Shown: piece by piece, positions 7,273-15,608 of the stretch
How positions within the stretch are numbered: the stretch's first letter is position 1
Layout: the number at the start of each line of letters is the position of its first letter
IMG/VR virus record: IMGVR_UViG_3300042307_001176
Span: 90,412 to 154,411 of that record
Source: a virus
Length of the DNA: 64,000 nucleotides
Strand: one strand, 5' to 3'
Notes under the pieces: model-generated
Seen by the model: the letters and a program-made list of their open reading frames with translations, nothing else
What the model was told of the DNA's origin: nothing
Databases searched by the model: none
Position numbers and translations under genes: made by a program

Positions 7273-7278
7273 CTAAAA

Positions 7279-7351
7279 GGCTCTGTAGTTCAAGGGATTA
7301 GAATGGATCACTACGGATGATCTGATCCTGGTTCGAATCCAGGTGGAGTCT
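7279..7351 (+). tRNA. tRNA-Arg(ACG)
   Basis: GATCA-CTACGGA-TGATC. Confidence 0.9.
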
Positions 7352-7362
7352 CAAACAAATAG

Positions 7363-7433
7363 GGTCGTGTGGTCGAGTGGTTAGGCACTAGTCTGCAAAA
7401 CTAGTTATACTGGTTCAATTCCAGTCACGACCT
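7363..7433 (+). tRNA. tRNA-Cys(GCA)
   Basis: CTAGT-CTGCAAA-ACTAG. Confidence 0.93.
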
Positions 7434-7450
7434 CAAAAAAATTTAAAAAT

Positions 7451-7588
7451 ATGATGATAGAAAGTAAAATAGTAGCCAGAGGAAGTTTCCCCTCAAGCAG
7501 AGAAAACTTAAGAAGAGAAACATTAAAATTTAATAGAGCCAAAATATTGATCGGAAGAATTAAAAGACTAATTAACAAAGGAAAGTAA
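7451..7588 (+). CDS. Small basic ORF (45 aa) inside tRNA operon 3
   Basis: MMIESKIVARGSFPSSRENLRRETLKFNRAKILIGRIKRLINKGK*; stop overlaps 5' end of tRNA-Ser. Confidence 0.45.
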   Translation: MMIESKIVARGSFPSSRENLRRETLKFNRAKILIGRIKRLINKGK

Positions 7589-7665
7589 TCTCAGATGGTG
7601 ACGGGGCTCGCCTGCTAAGCGAAGCGTACCTTAATTGGTATTTGGTTCGATTCCAATTCTTTCCG
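7580..7665 (+). tRNA. tRNA-Ser(GCT)
   Basis: TCGC-CTGCTAA-GCGA, long variable arm; somewhat atypical D arm. Confidence 0.85.
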
Positions 7666-7671
7666 CAACAT

Positions 7672-7748
7672 TGACATATAGCTCAGTTGGTTAGAGCGTT
7701 GATCTGATACGTCAAAGGCCGAAGGTTCGAATCCTTCTATGTCAACCA
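7672..7748 (+). tRNA. tRNA-Ile(GAT)
   Basis: TTGAT-CTGATAC-GTCAA, encoded CCA. Confidence 0.93.
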
Positions 7749-7753
7749 CATTT

Positions 7754-7826
7754 AGTCTCTTAGCTCAGTTGGCAGAGCGTTTGGTTTACATCCAAAATGT
7801 CGGGGGTTCGAATCCCTCAGGGACTA
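7754..7826 (+). tRNA. tRNA-Val(TAC)
   Basis: TTTGG-TTTACAT-CCAAA. Confidence 0.95.
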
Positions 7827-7828
7827 CA

Positions 7829-7910
7829 AGATTAGAAGCGGCGAATGGGGTTACTTCTCAGAACTTTTAAATTTGACCAAAAAACACCTCGCTCAAATAT
7901 TCTCTAATCT
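7829..7910 (+). ncRNA. Unassigned tRNA-sized structured RNA
   Basis: Ends pair (AGATTAGA/TCTAATCT); inner GCGA..GG/CC..TCGC stem. Confidence 0.4.
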
Positions 7911-7915
7911 AAACT

Positions 7916-7987
7916 GGGGATGTAGCTCAGCGGTAGAGCTCTCGACTGTTAATCGATAGGTCGCTGGTTCGAATCCAGCCTTCCCCG
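7916..7987 (+). tRNA. tRNA-Asn(GTT)
   Basis: TCGA-CTGTTAA-TCGA. Confidence 0.92.
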
Positions 7988-7992
7988 CAATT

Positions 7993-8074
7993 CGGAGTGT
8001 TGAGCAATTGGCTGCTCAGCTGACTGTAAATCAGCCGCCTTAAGGCATTGGGGGTTCGAATCCCTCCGCTCCGA
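7993..8074 (+). tRNA. tRNA-Tyr(GTA)
   Basis: GCTGA-CTGTAAA-TCAGC, variable arm. Confidence 0.92.
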
Positions 8075-8078
8075 CACA

Positions 8079-8147
8079 GTGTATCTGTAAGATATAGAGA
8101 CGGACAGTCCGACGGTTGAAGTGGATGCGTAATTCCACACGTCTCTA
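8079..8147 (+). ncRNA. Unassigned small three-way-junction RNA
   Basis: TAGAGACG/CGTCTCTA closing stem with two inner hairpins (CAGTC/GGTTG; GTGGA/TCCAC). Confidence 0.45.
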
Positions 8148-8150
8148 AAT

Positions 8151-8226
8151 GCGATAGTAGCTCAGTTGGTAGAGCACCGTCCTTCCAAGTCGGGGGTCGC
8201 AGGTTCGAATCCTGTCTATCGCTCCA
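8151..8226 (+). tRNA. tRNA-Gly(TCC)
   Basis: Anticodon loop CTTCCAA, encoded CCA. Confidence 0.92.
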
Positions 8227-8227
8227 C

Positions 8228-8300
8228 GGGGTAGTAGCTCAATTGGCTGAGCGCTTCCTTTGCAAGGAAGAGGATGTGGGTTCAAGTCCCATCTACTCCA
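8228..8300 (+). tRNA. tRNA-Ala(TGC)
   Basis: CTTCC-TTTGCAA-GGAAG; G3:U70. Confidence 0.95.
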
Positions 8301-8307
8301 CTTATAT

Positions 8308-8380
8308 GGCGAGTTAGCTCAGTTGGTAGAGCGTTGGAATCATACCCCAAAGGTCGGCAGTTCGAACCTGCCACTCGCTA
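8308..8380 (+). tRNA. tRNA-Met(CAT), elongator
   Basis: GGCGAGT acceptor; loop ATCATAC. Confidence 0.85.
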
Positions 8381-8382
8381 CT

Positions 8383-8459
8383 GTGACGGTAGCTCAGTTG
8401 GTTAGAGCGTCTGATTGTGGTTCAGAAGGTCGGGGGTTCGATTCCCCTCTGTCACCCCA
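8383..8459 (+). tRNA. tRNA-His(GTG)
   Basis: TCTGA-TTGTGGT-TCAGA, C73, CCA. Confidence 0.93.
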
Positions 8460-8460
8460 T

Positions 8461-8533
8461 GCCTTTGTAGCTCAGTTGGTAGAGCACTTCACTTGTAATG
8501 AAGATGTCGCAGGTTCAATCCCTGTCAAAGGCT
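8461..8533 (+). tRNA. tRNA-Thr(TGT)
   Basis: CTTCA-CTTGTAA-TGAAG. Confidence 0.95.
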
Positions 8534-8539
8534 CTAAAT

Positions 8540-8612
8540 TGTCCTGTGGTGTAATTGGCAACACGTCTGGTTTTGGACCAGAAGAGTCCAGGTTCGAGCC
8601 CTGGCGGGACAT
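8540..8612 (+). tRNA. tRNA-Gln(TTG)
   Basis: TCTGG-TTTTGGA-CCAGA. Confidence 0.95.
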
Positions 8613-8659
8613 CTAAAAAATAAGATAAATAGATTGACCAGTGTGTAAAAAATGTAGTT

Positions 8660-9148
8660 ATGAAAGTGCTAGTTCTAAATAATGACTTTACTCCTATAAG
8701 TGTTACCGACTTTGCTCGTGGATTTAAGCTTGTGTATAAAGGTAAAGCAGAAGTTTTAGAGCACGATGAACAAAATCCAATTGTTACTGAACAAAGCACT
8801 TACAAAAGACCTTCTGTTATCAGACTTTTAAAATATGTTGTATTGCCTTTTAAGAAGTTAAAACCGACTAGGGAAAATATCTTTAGAAGAGATGGGATGA
8901 AATGTGTTTATTGTGATACTACTAAGAACCTAACAATAGATCACGTTCTACCTAGATCTAGAGGTGGAGTTAATACATGGGAGAATCTAACAACATGTTG
9001 TTCAAAATGTAACAATAAAAAAGATGACAGGACTCCAGAAGAAGCTGGAATGAGAATGAGACAGAAACCATTCAAGCCAGGATACGGATATTTTATACGC
9101 AATTTCGCAAAAGGATTGGAGGTATGGACAGCATATCTCCCTGATTAA
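8660..9148 (+). CDS. HNH endonuclease (McrA/HNH_5-like)
   Basis: RDGMKCVYC, TIDHVLPRSRGG..WENLTTCCSKCNNKK. Confidence 0.9.
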   Translation: MKVLVLNNDFTPISVTDFARGFKLVYKGKAEVLEHDEQNPIVTEQSTYKRPSVIRLLKYVVLPFKKLKPTRENIFRRDGMKCVYCDTTKNLTIDHVLPRSRGGVNTWENLTTCCSKCNNKKDDRTPEEAGMRMRQKPFKPGYGYFIRNFAKGLEVWTAYLPD

Positions 9149-9153
9149 AAATT

Positions 9154-9186
9154 AACCCCGGATTTATCAATAATCTGGGGCTTTTT
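9154..9186 (+). terminator. Intrinsic terminator ending operon 3
   Basis: CCCCGGATT/AATCTGGGG plus T run. Confidence 0.7.
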
Positions 9187-9233
9187 GTGGAAATCTTTAT
9201 CGTCACATAATCTATAAGAAGTAAACTATTATT

Positions 9234-10298
9234 ATGTTATTTGATTTTGACGATATCTTAATTGAACCTGAAATACAAACCCACATTAGATCAAGAAAAC
9301 AGGTCGATGTAATGGACGAAAAACAAATGCTTCCTCTCTTTACTGCACCTATGGATACAGTTATAAATGAGGATAATATAAATATATTTAATAACAATAA
9401 AATATATGGAATTATTCCCAGAAAAGCCAATCCTGGATTAGATTACTTCTCAACTAATTATAAGGTATGGTATTCCTATGGTTTAGATGATTTTAAGAAG
9501 ATATTTATTGAAAATGATATAAACCTAAAGATAGGTGAAAGATCGTTTGTCTTAATTGATGTAGCAAATGGTCATATGAAATATGTTAAGGACTTAGTTA
9601 AAGAATCAAAAGAAAAATACGGAAGATCTTTAGTGCTAATGGTGGGAAATTGTGCTAATCCATCTACATTTTTATCTCTGTCACAAGTTGGAGCGGATTA
9701 CGTCAGAATGGGAATAGGTAACGGAGCTGGGTGTCTAACCACCGTTCAAACTGGTATCGGTTACCCTATGGCATCTTTAATTCATGAAACAGTTAAGATA
9801 CAACAAGAAAGAAACCTCACAACAAAGATAGTAGCAGATGGAGGTTTTAAAAAATATGCAGATGTTATTAAAGCATTGGCTTTAGGAGCTGACTATGTTA
9901 TGCTTGGTAGTATTTTTAATAAAACATTAGAAAGTTGTGGCGAAACATATGAAGGTAATAAAAAATATGATTCATGGACCGAGCCTGGTGACAAAGTAGA
10001 CCAATACTCTTTAGATGTTCTAATACAATTTGAAGCTGGTAAAAAATTCTATAAAAAATTTAGAGGCATGTCAACTAAGGATGTGCAGAAGAGTCTAGGC
10101 AAAACAGAATTAAAAACATCAGAAGGAATTTCTAAAATGCAACCAGTTGAATATACTCTTACCGGATGGATTGAGAACTTTACTGATTATTTAAAATCTG
10201 CTATGAGTTATACTGATTGTTTAACTATTGGTGAATTTATTGGAAAGGTTAGATTCAATAAAATTTCAAAAAATTCAATGGAAAGATTCAATAAATAG
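9234..10298 (+). CDS. IMP dehydrogenase / GMP reductase family protein
   Basis: APMDTV, IDVANGH, GIGNGAGCLT, ADGG, FRGMST, LKSAMSY. Confidence 0.88.
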   Translation: MLFDFDDILIEPEIQTHIRSRKQVDVMDEKQMLPLFTAPMDTVINEDNINIFNNNKIYGIIPRKANPGLDYFSTNYKVWYSYGLDDFKKIFIENDINLKIGERSFVLIDVANGHMKYVKDLVKESKEKYGRSLVLMVGNCANPSTFLSLSQVGADYVRMGIGNGAGCLTTVQTGIGYPMASLIHETVKIQQERNLTTKIVADGGFKKYADVIKALALGADYVMLGSIFNKTLESCGETYEGNKKYDSWTEPGDKVDQYSLDVLIQFEAGKKFYKKFRGMSTKDVQKSLGKTELKTSEGISKMQPVEYTLTGWIENFTDYLKSAMSYTDCLTIGEFIGKVRFNKISKNSMERFNK

Positions 10299-10339
10299 GA
10301 AACTAGATCAGGTTTTTTAGTATAATAAAGAAAAAAATA

Positions 10340-11125
10340 ATGAAAAAGTTTGGGCGTTTTAATGATGTGATCCGTTGGACTGCACAACAAATGTACGATT
10401 ACTCATATGAGGTACATACAGAAAAATGGCAGGGTAAGGAGATTAAACATGATCCTAAGTACACAATGATTGAAACATTAAACCTTTCTTTTTCGTGTCA
10501 GATGTCACCGGATATTAAAGAGATAGGTGAACAGATTAAACCAAATTTTGCATGGGCAGACGAACACTTTGAAGAAAGAGTTAGCGGATTACCATTGAAC
10601 CCTCCTCCCTCACATGTGAGATGGCCTTATGCTCAAAAGAATAATGAGGAATTTGGAGGACTTGAAAAATTTTCACATACTTATCCAGAAAGAATCTGGC
10701 CCAAATTTGCATCAGAAATTCCTAACAGTAAGATGTCAGGAATAAGATATGAATACGGGGATTTTAATGATGTTGTTGAATTAATGTCAAGAGAACCTTT
10801 CACTAGACAAGCATTCCTTCCTATTTGGTTTCCTGAAGATACTGGATCAGTTACAGGAGAAAGAGTTCCTTGTACTATTGGATATCATTTCATTAGGAGA
10901 GGAGATTGGGTACATGTTGTTTATTATATTAGATCTTGCGATTTCTTTAGACACTTTAGAGATGACATTTATCTTTGTGCTAAAAAAGTATTCTGGTTAA
11001 TTGAAAAACTAAAAGAAAAAGATCCAGAGAATTGGAATAATGTAAAACCTGGTATGCTTACTATGCACATTACTTCTTTACATGCTTGGGCAGTAGAAAA
11101 GTCTTTGCTAAAGAAATTAATGTAA
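10340..11125 (+). CDS. Thymidylate synthase-fold enzyme, probably dCMP-modifying
   Basis: TRQA, catalytic PC, RSCD..FRDD, HITSLH. Confidence 0.8.
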   Translation: MKKFGRFNDVIRWTAQQMYDYSYEVHTEKWQGKEIKHDPKYTMIETLNLSFSCQMSPDIKEIGEQIKPNFAWADEHFEERVSGLPLNPPPSHVRWPYAQKNNEEFGGLEKFSHTYPERIWPKFASEIPNSKMSGIRYEYGDFNDVVELMSREPFTRQAFLPIWFPEDTGSVTGERVPCTIGYHFIRRGDWVHVVYYIRSCDFFRHFRDDIYLCAKKVFWLIEKLKEKDPENWNNVKPGMLTMHITSLHAWAVEKSLLKKLM

Positions 11126-11138
11126 TGATATATATTGG

Positions 11139-11969
11139 ATGCTTAAACATCTAAAAGATTTTAAAAATTTTAGTCTATTCGAATCGATTAGAATAGAAAA
11201 AATGGATCCTTCCACATACGAAAAAGAAACAGTTACTGCTTTACCTTATGTTGATAAGATAGAGGAAAATAGACAATTATTTCTTAAAAAACTTTGTAAA
11301 ATTTCAGAAGAGCTAGATATAAAACCAGAATGGCTTTTACATACAATATTTCATGAAAGTAGGTTTGATCCTAAGTACAGAGATCAAATGTCACGTGCAG
11401 TAGGACTTATTTCTTTTCTTCCTAGTATTTTAAAAATATTTATCAACGATGAAACAGGTAAAACAATAACGCCTAATGACGTTTTACAAATGAGCAATAT
11501 TGATCAATTGGACTTAGTTGCGGAATTTTATAAAATGTGGTTCGAAAAAATGAAATTAAAATCACCAATTATTGCTGGAGATTTTGCAGCTTTAACTTTC
11601 TATCCTGCAGTAATACAAAAGGATTGGGGGTGGAAATTCCCTGATTATGTAGTGGATTTAAATATAGAAATGTTTAATAAGTTCCCTTCTGGTGTTGGTA
11701 GAACTAAAAAAGATTATTATGATTATATTGATCAAGTATTAAATAACAATACTGAACAAGATGATGATAATGATTATATACTAGGTAATTTTGGTGGTGC
11801 TTTTGCAGAGCCAGGAGTATATAGTAATAAGAAACCTTTAGAATTTTATAAAGATCTTTTATTTGCTATACAAGATCCAGCACAAAATCAAGAGCTACAA
11901 GCTCAGGACATAGAAAATACAGAGAAATCCAAGCAGATTGGTACACTAGGAATAAACAACGTAAAATAA
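11139..11969 (+). CDS. Lysozyme-fold / lytic transglycosylase-like protein
   Basis: HESRFDP...AVGLISF...DQLDLV motif pattern. Confidence 0.6.
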   Translation: MLKHLKDFKNFSLFESIRIEKMDPSTYEKETVTALPYVDKIEENRQLFLKKLCKISEELDIKPEWLLHTIFHESRFDPKYRDQMSRAVGLISFLPSILKIFINDETGKTITPNDVLQMSNIDQLDLVAEFYKMWFEKMKLKSPIIAGDFAALTFYPAVIQKDWGWKFPDYVVDLNIEMFNKFPSGVGRTKKDYYDYIDQVLNNNTEQDDDNDYILGNFGGAFAEPGVYSNKKPLEFYKDLLFAIQDPAQNQELQAQDIENTEKSKQIGTLGINNVK

Positions 11970-11977
11970 AATATAAA

Positions 11978-12160
11978 ATGAAAGCTATTATTAATTTTTT
12001 TAAATCTTTATTTACAACTAAAAAAGAAGAGATGTTTTGTGAGATCGTGAAAAAAGAAGCTACTCCTAAAGCTAAAAGAGGAAAAAAACCTAAAACTGAA
12101 AAAGCGATAGGAAAGGAAGTTAAAGCTCCTGCTAAAAAATCCAAAAAAAGTGAAAATTAA
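11978..12160 (+). CDS. Small Lys-rich protein
   Basis: ORF in operon context. Confidence 0.55.
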   Translation: MKAIINFFKSLFTTKKEEMFCEIVKKEATPKAKRGKKPKTEKAIGKEVKAPAKKSKKSEN

Positions 12161-12437
12161 GAAGCTAACCGAATTCCTTATAGAAACTAATAGTCAATTA
12201 GAATATAGCGGAGAAGACGTTACAAAAATGCCAATTATAGGTAAGATTATTACCTATTCTATTGGTCCTTTTGAAGAGGGAGAATATGATGTAGTAGAAA
12301 TAATAGATTCTCCAGACGGGAAAGATATTTATGTTACAGATAAATGGTATAAAGAATACAAAAGAATACCACAGATCATACATTCTGATTTAGTAAAAGA
12401 ATATATTCCAGTAGAAAAATTGGGAAACTTTTATTAA
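12150..12437 (+). CDS. Hypothetical protein
   Basis: ORF, GTG start. Confidence 0.6.
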   Translation: MKIKKLTEFLIETNSQLEYSGEDVTKMPIIGKIITYSIGPFEEGEYDVVEIIDSPDGKDIYVTDKWYKEYKRIPQIIHSDLVKEYIPVEKLGNFY

Positions 12438-12545
12438 TAAGGTTATATAATAATAGAACTAGAGGTTTCTAGTCACTTCCCGGTCAACAAACCGTAGAGT
12501 TTTCAGAAATGGAAGCAAAGGAAGGGGCCAAATAAAATAGTCTTT

Positions 12546-13301
12546 ATGTATTATTCAACGCCAAGCGTAATGTCGGCATGTACTGCTAACATTACAAAAA
12601 ACAGAAATAGATCTAAGATCTATGAGAATTCCGTCTATCTAAAAGACGGTGAAAATTTCGAGATTGAGTTATTCAATCCAACAACGTCAAGGGTACTTGC
12701 AAAAATCACTATCAACGGTAATAGCATTTCTAATTCAGGAATTGTTCTAAAACCAGGAGAGAGAGTTTATCTGGAAAGATTTATTGATTCAAACAACAAA
12801 TTTGTTTTTGAAACGTATGAAGTCGAAGGATCAAATGAAGCTTTAAATGCTATCAGAAATAATGGAGGTGTAGAAGTTTCTTTCTATACTGAAATTACAA
12901 CTTCCACTTACTCGTCATTTCCAACTAGCCATACTGGATATGTGTCGGGTACATTGAATGATACCTACAGCTATCCATTTGGTGGTACTACAGTAAATAA
13001 TCTTTTTACAATGTCCAGTGTTACTAATAGTTCTATAGGAGTTAATTCTAGTGTATTAACTAGTTCAACAAAAAGTATTGAAACTGGTAGAATCGAAAAA
13101 GGTGATTCAAGCGATCAATTATTCGAAACAGTAAATGGGAATTTTAGCACATTTGCTACAAGTTCTATTACTATCAAATTACTTCCTGAGTCACAAAAAC
13201 CAGTTGAGGTTTCTACACTTAGAAACTACTGTGCAAATTGTGGAACAAGATCTAAAAAGCAATCTTGGAAATTCTGTCCAAATTGTGGAGAAAAAATCTA
13301 A
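12546..13301 (+). CDS. Hypothetical protein with C-terminal zinc ribbon
   Basis: CANCG...FCPNCG. Confidence 0.75.
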   Translation: MYYSTPSVMSACTANITKNRNRSKIYENSVYLKDGENFEIELFNPTTSRVLAKITINGNSISNSGIVLKPGERVYLERFIDSNNKFVFETYEVEGSNEALNAIRNNGGVEVSFYTEITTSTYSSFPTSHTGYVSGTLNDTYSYPFGGTTVNNLFTMSSVTNSSIGVNSSVLTSSTKSIETGRIEKGDSSDQLFETVNGNFSTFATSSITIKLLPESQKPVEVSTLRNYCANCGTRSKKQSWKFCPNCGEKI

Positions 13302-13314
13302 ACCCTACTACACA

Positions 13315-13346
13315 AAAAACCCAAGAGCGATCTTGGGTTTGTAGTT
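13315..13346. terminator. Terminator between convergent genes
   Basis: AAACCCAAGA/TCTTGGGTTT stem. Confidence 0.7.
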
Positions 13347-13350
13347 TTTA

Positions 13351-14163
13351 TTAATTAAGGTAAGTATCCCAATCCTGAGCCATTTCTGCTTGAGAAATTT
13401 CAGTATCTGTATAAGGTCTAATATTTTTTAAAGGAGTACCTTGATAGTTCATGTAAGCTTCTTTAGGTACTGGAATTTGTGATTGCTGAGGTGTTTCTGA
13501 TCCGTATCCAGCATATGTAGGTTGAGTTGTAACATCGCTTTTTGTAGGAGCTCCTGTTACCCAACTAACTGCTTTAACTCCAGATTTAATTTCAGTTGTT
13601 ACTCCTCTTAAAGCTTTAATTTTTCCAGCGTCTTTACTAAGAGCTACTAATTTAGATCCCCCATTAAGTACAAATGATTTTAAAGATCCTAGCATTTTTC
13701 CAACAAATGGTGCAATACCAGAGAATTTAGCTAAAAATTTAGAACCTTTTAAGAATTTAGCAATTTTAGGAAAGAATTTAGCAACTCCATTAATTAATGG
13801 CTTAAGAATCCCCGCTCCTATTCCTACACCTTTTCCTAGTGCTTTAACTAGAAGAGTTCCTCCTGCTCCAATGTATTGTCCAAATAATGGGATTAAACCA
13901 ATTGCACAAAGTCCAGCAAGAAGAAATTCGCCTTGCTTAGCATAAGAAACTAAATTAATACCTTCTGCTACTGATCCTACTCCTGGTATAAGAGCTGCAA
14001 AATCTAAAATTGTATTATACCATGCCTCTAGTAATTGATCATCATTAGAATTTAGATATTCTATAGATTCAATAATTTGTTCATGTGAAAAATCGTTCTG
14101 GTTGAAATTAAAGCTATTCTCATCTTCGAATAGAAATCCGTCCATTGATAATATGTGATTCAT
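13351..14163 (-). CDS. Protein with pre-toxin TG-like hydrophobic motif
   Basis: LDFAALIPGVGSVAEGIN...GLIPLFG; minus-strand GATATATA at 14180-14187. Confidence 0.7.
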   Translation of the reverse strand: MNHILSMDGFLFEDENSFNFNQNDFSHEQIIESIEYLNSNDDQLLEAWYNTILDFAALIPGVGSVAEGINLVSYAKQGEFLLAGLCAIGLIPLFGQYIGAGGTLLVKALGKGVGIGAGILKPLINGVAKFFPKIAKFLKGSKFLAKFSGIAPFVGKMLGSLKSFVLNGGSKLVALSKDAGKIKALRGVTTEIKSGVKAVSWVTGAPTKSDVTTQPTYAGYGSETPQQSQIPVPKEAYMNYQGTPLKNIRPYTDTEISQAEMAQDWDTYLN

Positions 14164-14227
14164 ACTATTATTTTTATTTTATATATCTGATTCAAGGAAA
14201 CTTTTGATGTTTTTCACTATAATTAGC

Positions 14228-14581
14228 ATGTTATATAGATCAAGTAAAATATATGTAGATGATTCTGATATTCATGGACGTGGAGTATTTGCATCGGAAT
14301 TTATAAAATCGGGTGAAATTCTAGAGGAATGTCATTTTTTAGTATTAGAAAATGGATTACAATATCCAGAAATTTTACATAATCATTTTTTTTCGTGGCC
14401 AAAAGGCGCAGGAGACAAATTAGCTATATGTCTTGGATATGGAAGTATCTTTAATAACTCAGACGAATCTCCCAATGCAGATTGGCAAACAGACACAACA
14501 AAAAACAAAATAATATTCTTCTCAATCCGAGATATTAATCAAGGAGATGAAATATTTACGAATTACCGAAAAAATGATTAA
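14228..14581 (+). CDS. SET-domain protein (putative lysine methyltransferase)
   Basis: IHGRGVFA, GYGSIFNNS..PNA, RDINQGDEIFTNY; start likely ATG 14228 after promoter. Confidence 0.85.
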   Translation: MLYRSSKIYVDDSDIHGRGVFASEFIKSGEILEECHFLVLENGLQYPEILHNHFFSWPKGAGDKLAICLGYGSIFNNSDESPNADWQTDTTKNKIIFFSIRDINQGDEIFTNYRKND

Positions 14582-14647
14582 TTTTTTAAAAAATCGTTTT
14601 TTATAACAAAGCAGTATCATTAAATTTATCCTATAAACAAAAACAAG

Positions 14648-14914
14648 ATGGACACGGAAGACAGGAAAAGATTAGAAGAAATAGAGAAAAGTATAGAAAA
14701 GCTCTATGATGAACAATCAAGAAAACTTTACGATTACATTGCTCAAATGGGTGAAGATGCTTTTATGGAAGGACAACCTTTATATAAGTTTAGAGACACC
14801 GATCTTTTTGATAAACTTATAGCACACTTTGAATCTATTGAAGAATACGAAAAATGTGCATTCATTCTAGAGCAATCTACAAAAATTAGACAAGCAATTA
14901 TAGAAAGGATGTAA
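14648..14914 (+). CDS. Hypothetical protein (UVR-like EEYEKCA motif)
   Basis: ORF. Confidence 0.65.
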   Translation: MDTEDRKRLEEIEKSIEKLYDEQSRKLYDYIAQMGEDAFMEGQPLYKFRDTDLFDKLIAHFESIEEYEKCAFILEQSTKIRQAIIERM

Positions 14915-14956
14915 TACAGAAGAAACTTTTCCAAGTTCATACAATATAAATAGTGT

Positions 14957-15211
14957 ATGGGAAAAGGACGAAGATACATAAAAAAATCTGCTGATGGCAG
15001 ATTTTTTTTGCATATAGAGAAGCCAGAGTATCAGATAGATCTTGATAAGAAAACAAAATTATGGACCTCTTCAGATTATCTGTTCTCAGAGGCTCTTAAA
15101 GAAGATTTAGAAAACACAAAAAATACTCTGGACGTATTAATAAGGTGGAATGAGATTCAACAGAATTTTGAAGCTTGTAATAAGCTTCTACTTTTAAGAA
15201 AAACTTTCTAA
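14957..15211 (+). CDS. Hypothetical protein
   Basis: ORF with own promoter motif. Confidence 0.6.
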   Translation: MGKGRRYIKKSADGRFFLHIEKPEYQIDLDKKTKLWTSSDYLFSEALKEDLENTKNTLDVLIRWNEIQQNFEACNKLLLLRKTF

Positions 15212-15216
15212 AATAA

Positions 15217-15244
15217 AAAAAAAGAGTGGATTCACTCTTTTTTT
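15217..15244 (+). terminator. Intrinsic terminator
   Basis: AAAAGAGTG/CACTCTTTT plus T run. Confidence 0.75.
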
Positions 15245-15288
15245 GTGAACCTAAATTAAAAAATCGAGTATAATAATAAAAAGAAATT

Positions 15289-15594
15289 ATGGAATCGATT
15301 TTTGAAAACGAAAAATTATTATCGGGAAGAATGCTTTCCTTATCTAAATCTGGATATAGAGAAGAATTCCCAGATAATGAGGTTTATTTCAATGCAAACA
15401 TTTTTGTTTTAGAAGAGGGTAAAATTTGGTATGGTGATATTGATGTCACTAAAGAAAAAGAACAATTAGAAAATGTAGCAAGAGAAATTGGAAAAGATTT
15501 GTACATCCTTAGGGAAATGGACGGAAGATTTGGAAATGAAGAATTAAAGGATTCTGAAATTATTACTAGAGCAATGTGTAAAATAACTAAATAA
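15289..15594 (+). CDS. Hypothetical protein
   Basis: ORF. Confidence 0.7.
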   Translation: MESIFENEKLLSGRMLSLSKSGYREEFPDNEVYFNANIFVLEEGKIWYGDIDVTKEKEQLENVAREIGKDLYILREMDGRFGNEELKDSEIITRAMCKITK

Positions 15595-15608
15595 TAAAAA
15601 TAATAAAT

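Noticed and set aside
7949-8799. ORFs 7949-8140, 8260-8616, 8515-8799
   Set aside because: Overlap tRNA genes or the HNH gene; tRNA-derived pseudo-translations
8660-9148. HNH as intron-encoded homing endonuclease or Cas9-like system
   Set aside because: Free-standing small McrA-type HNH; no interrupted host gene or CRISPR repeats nearby
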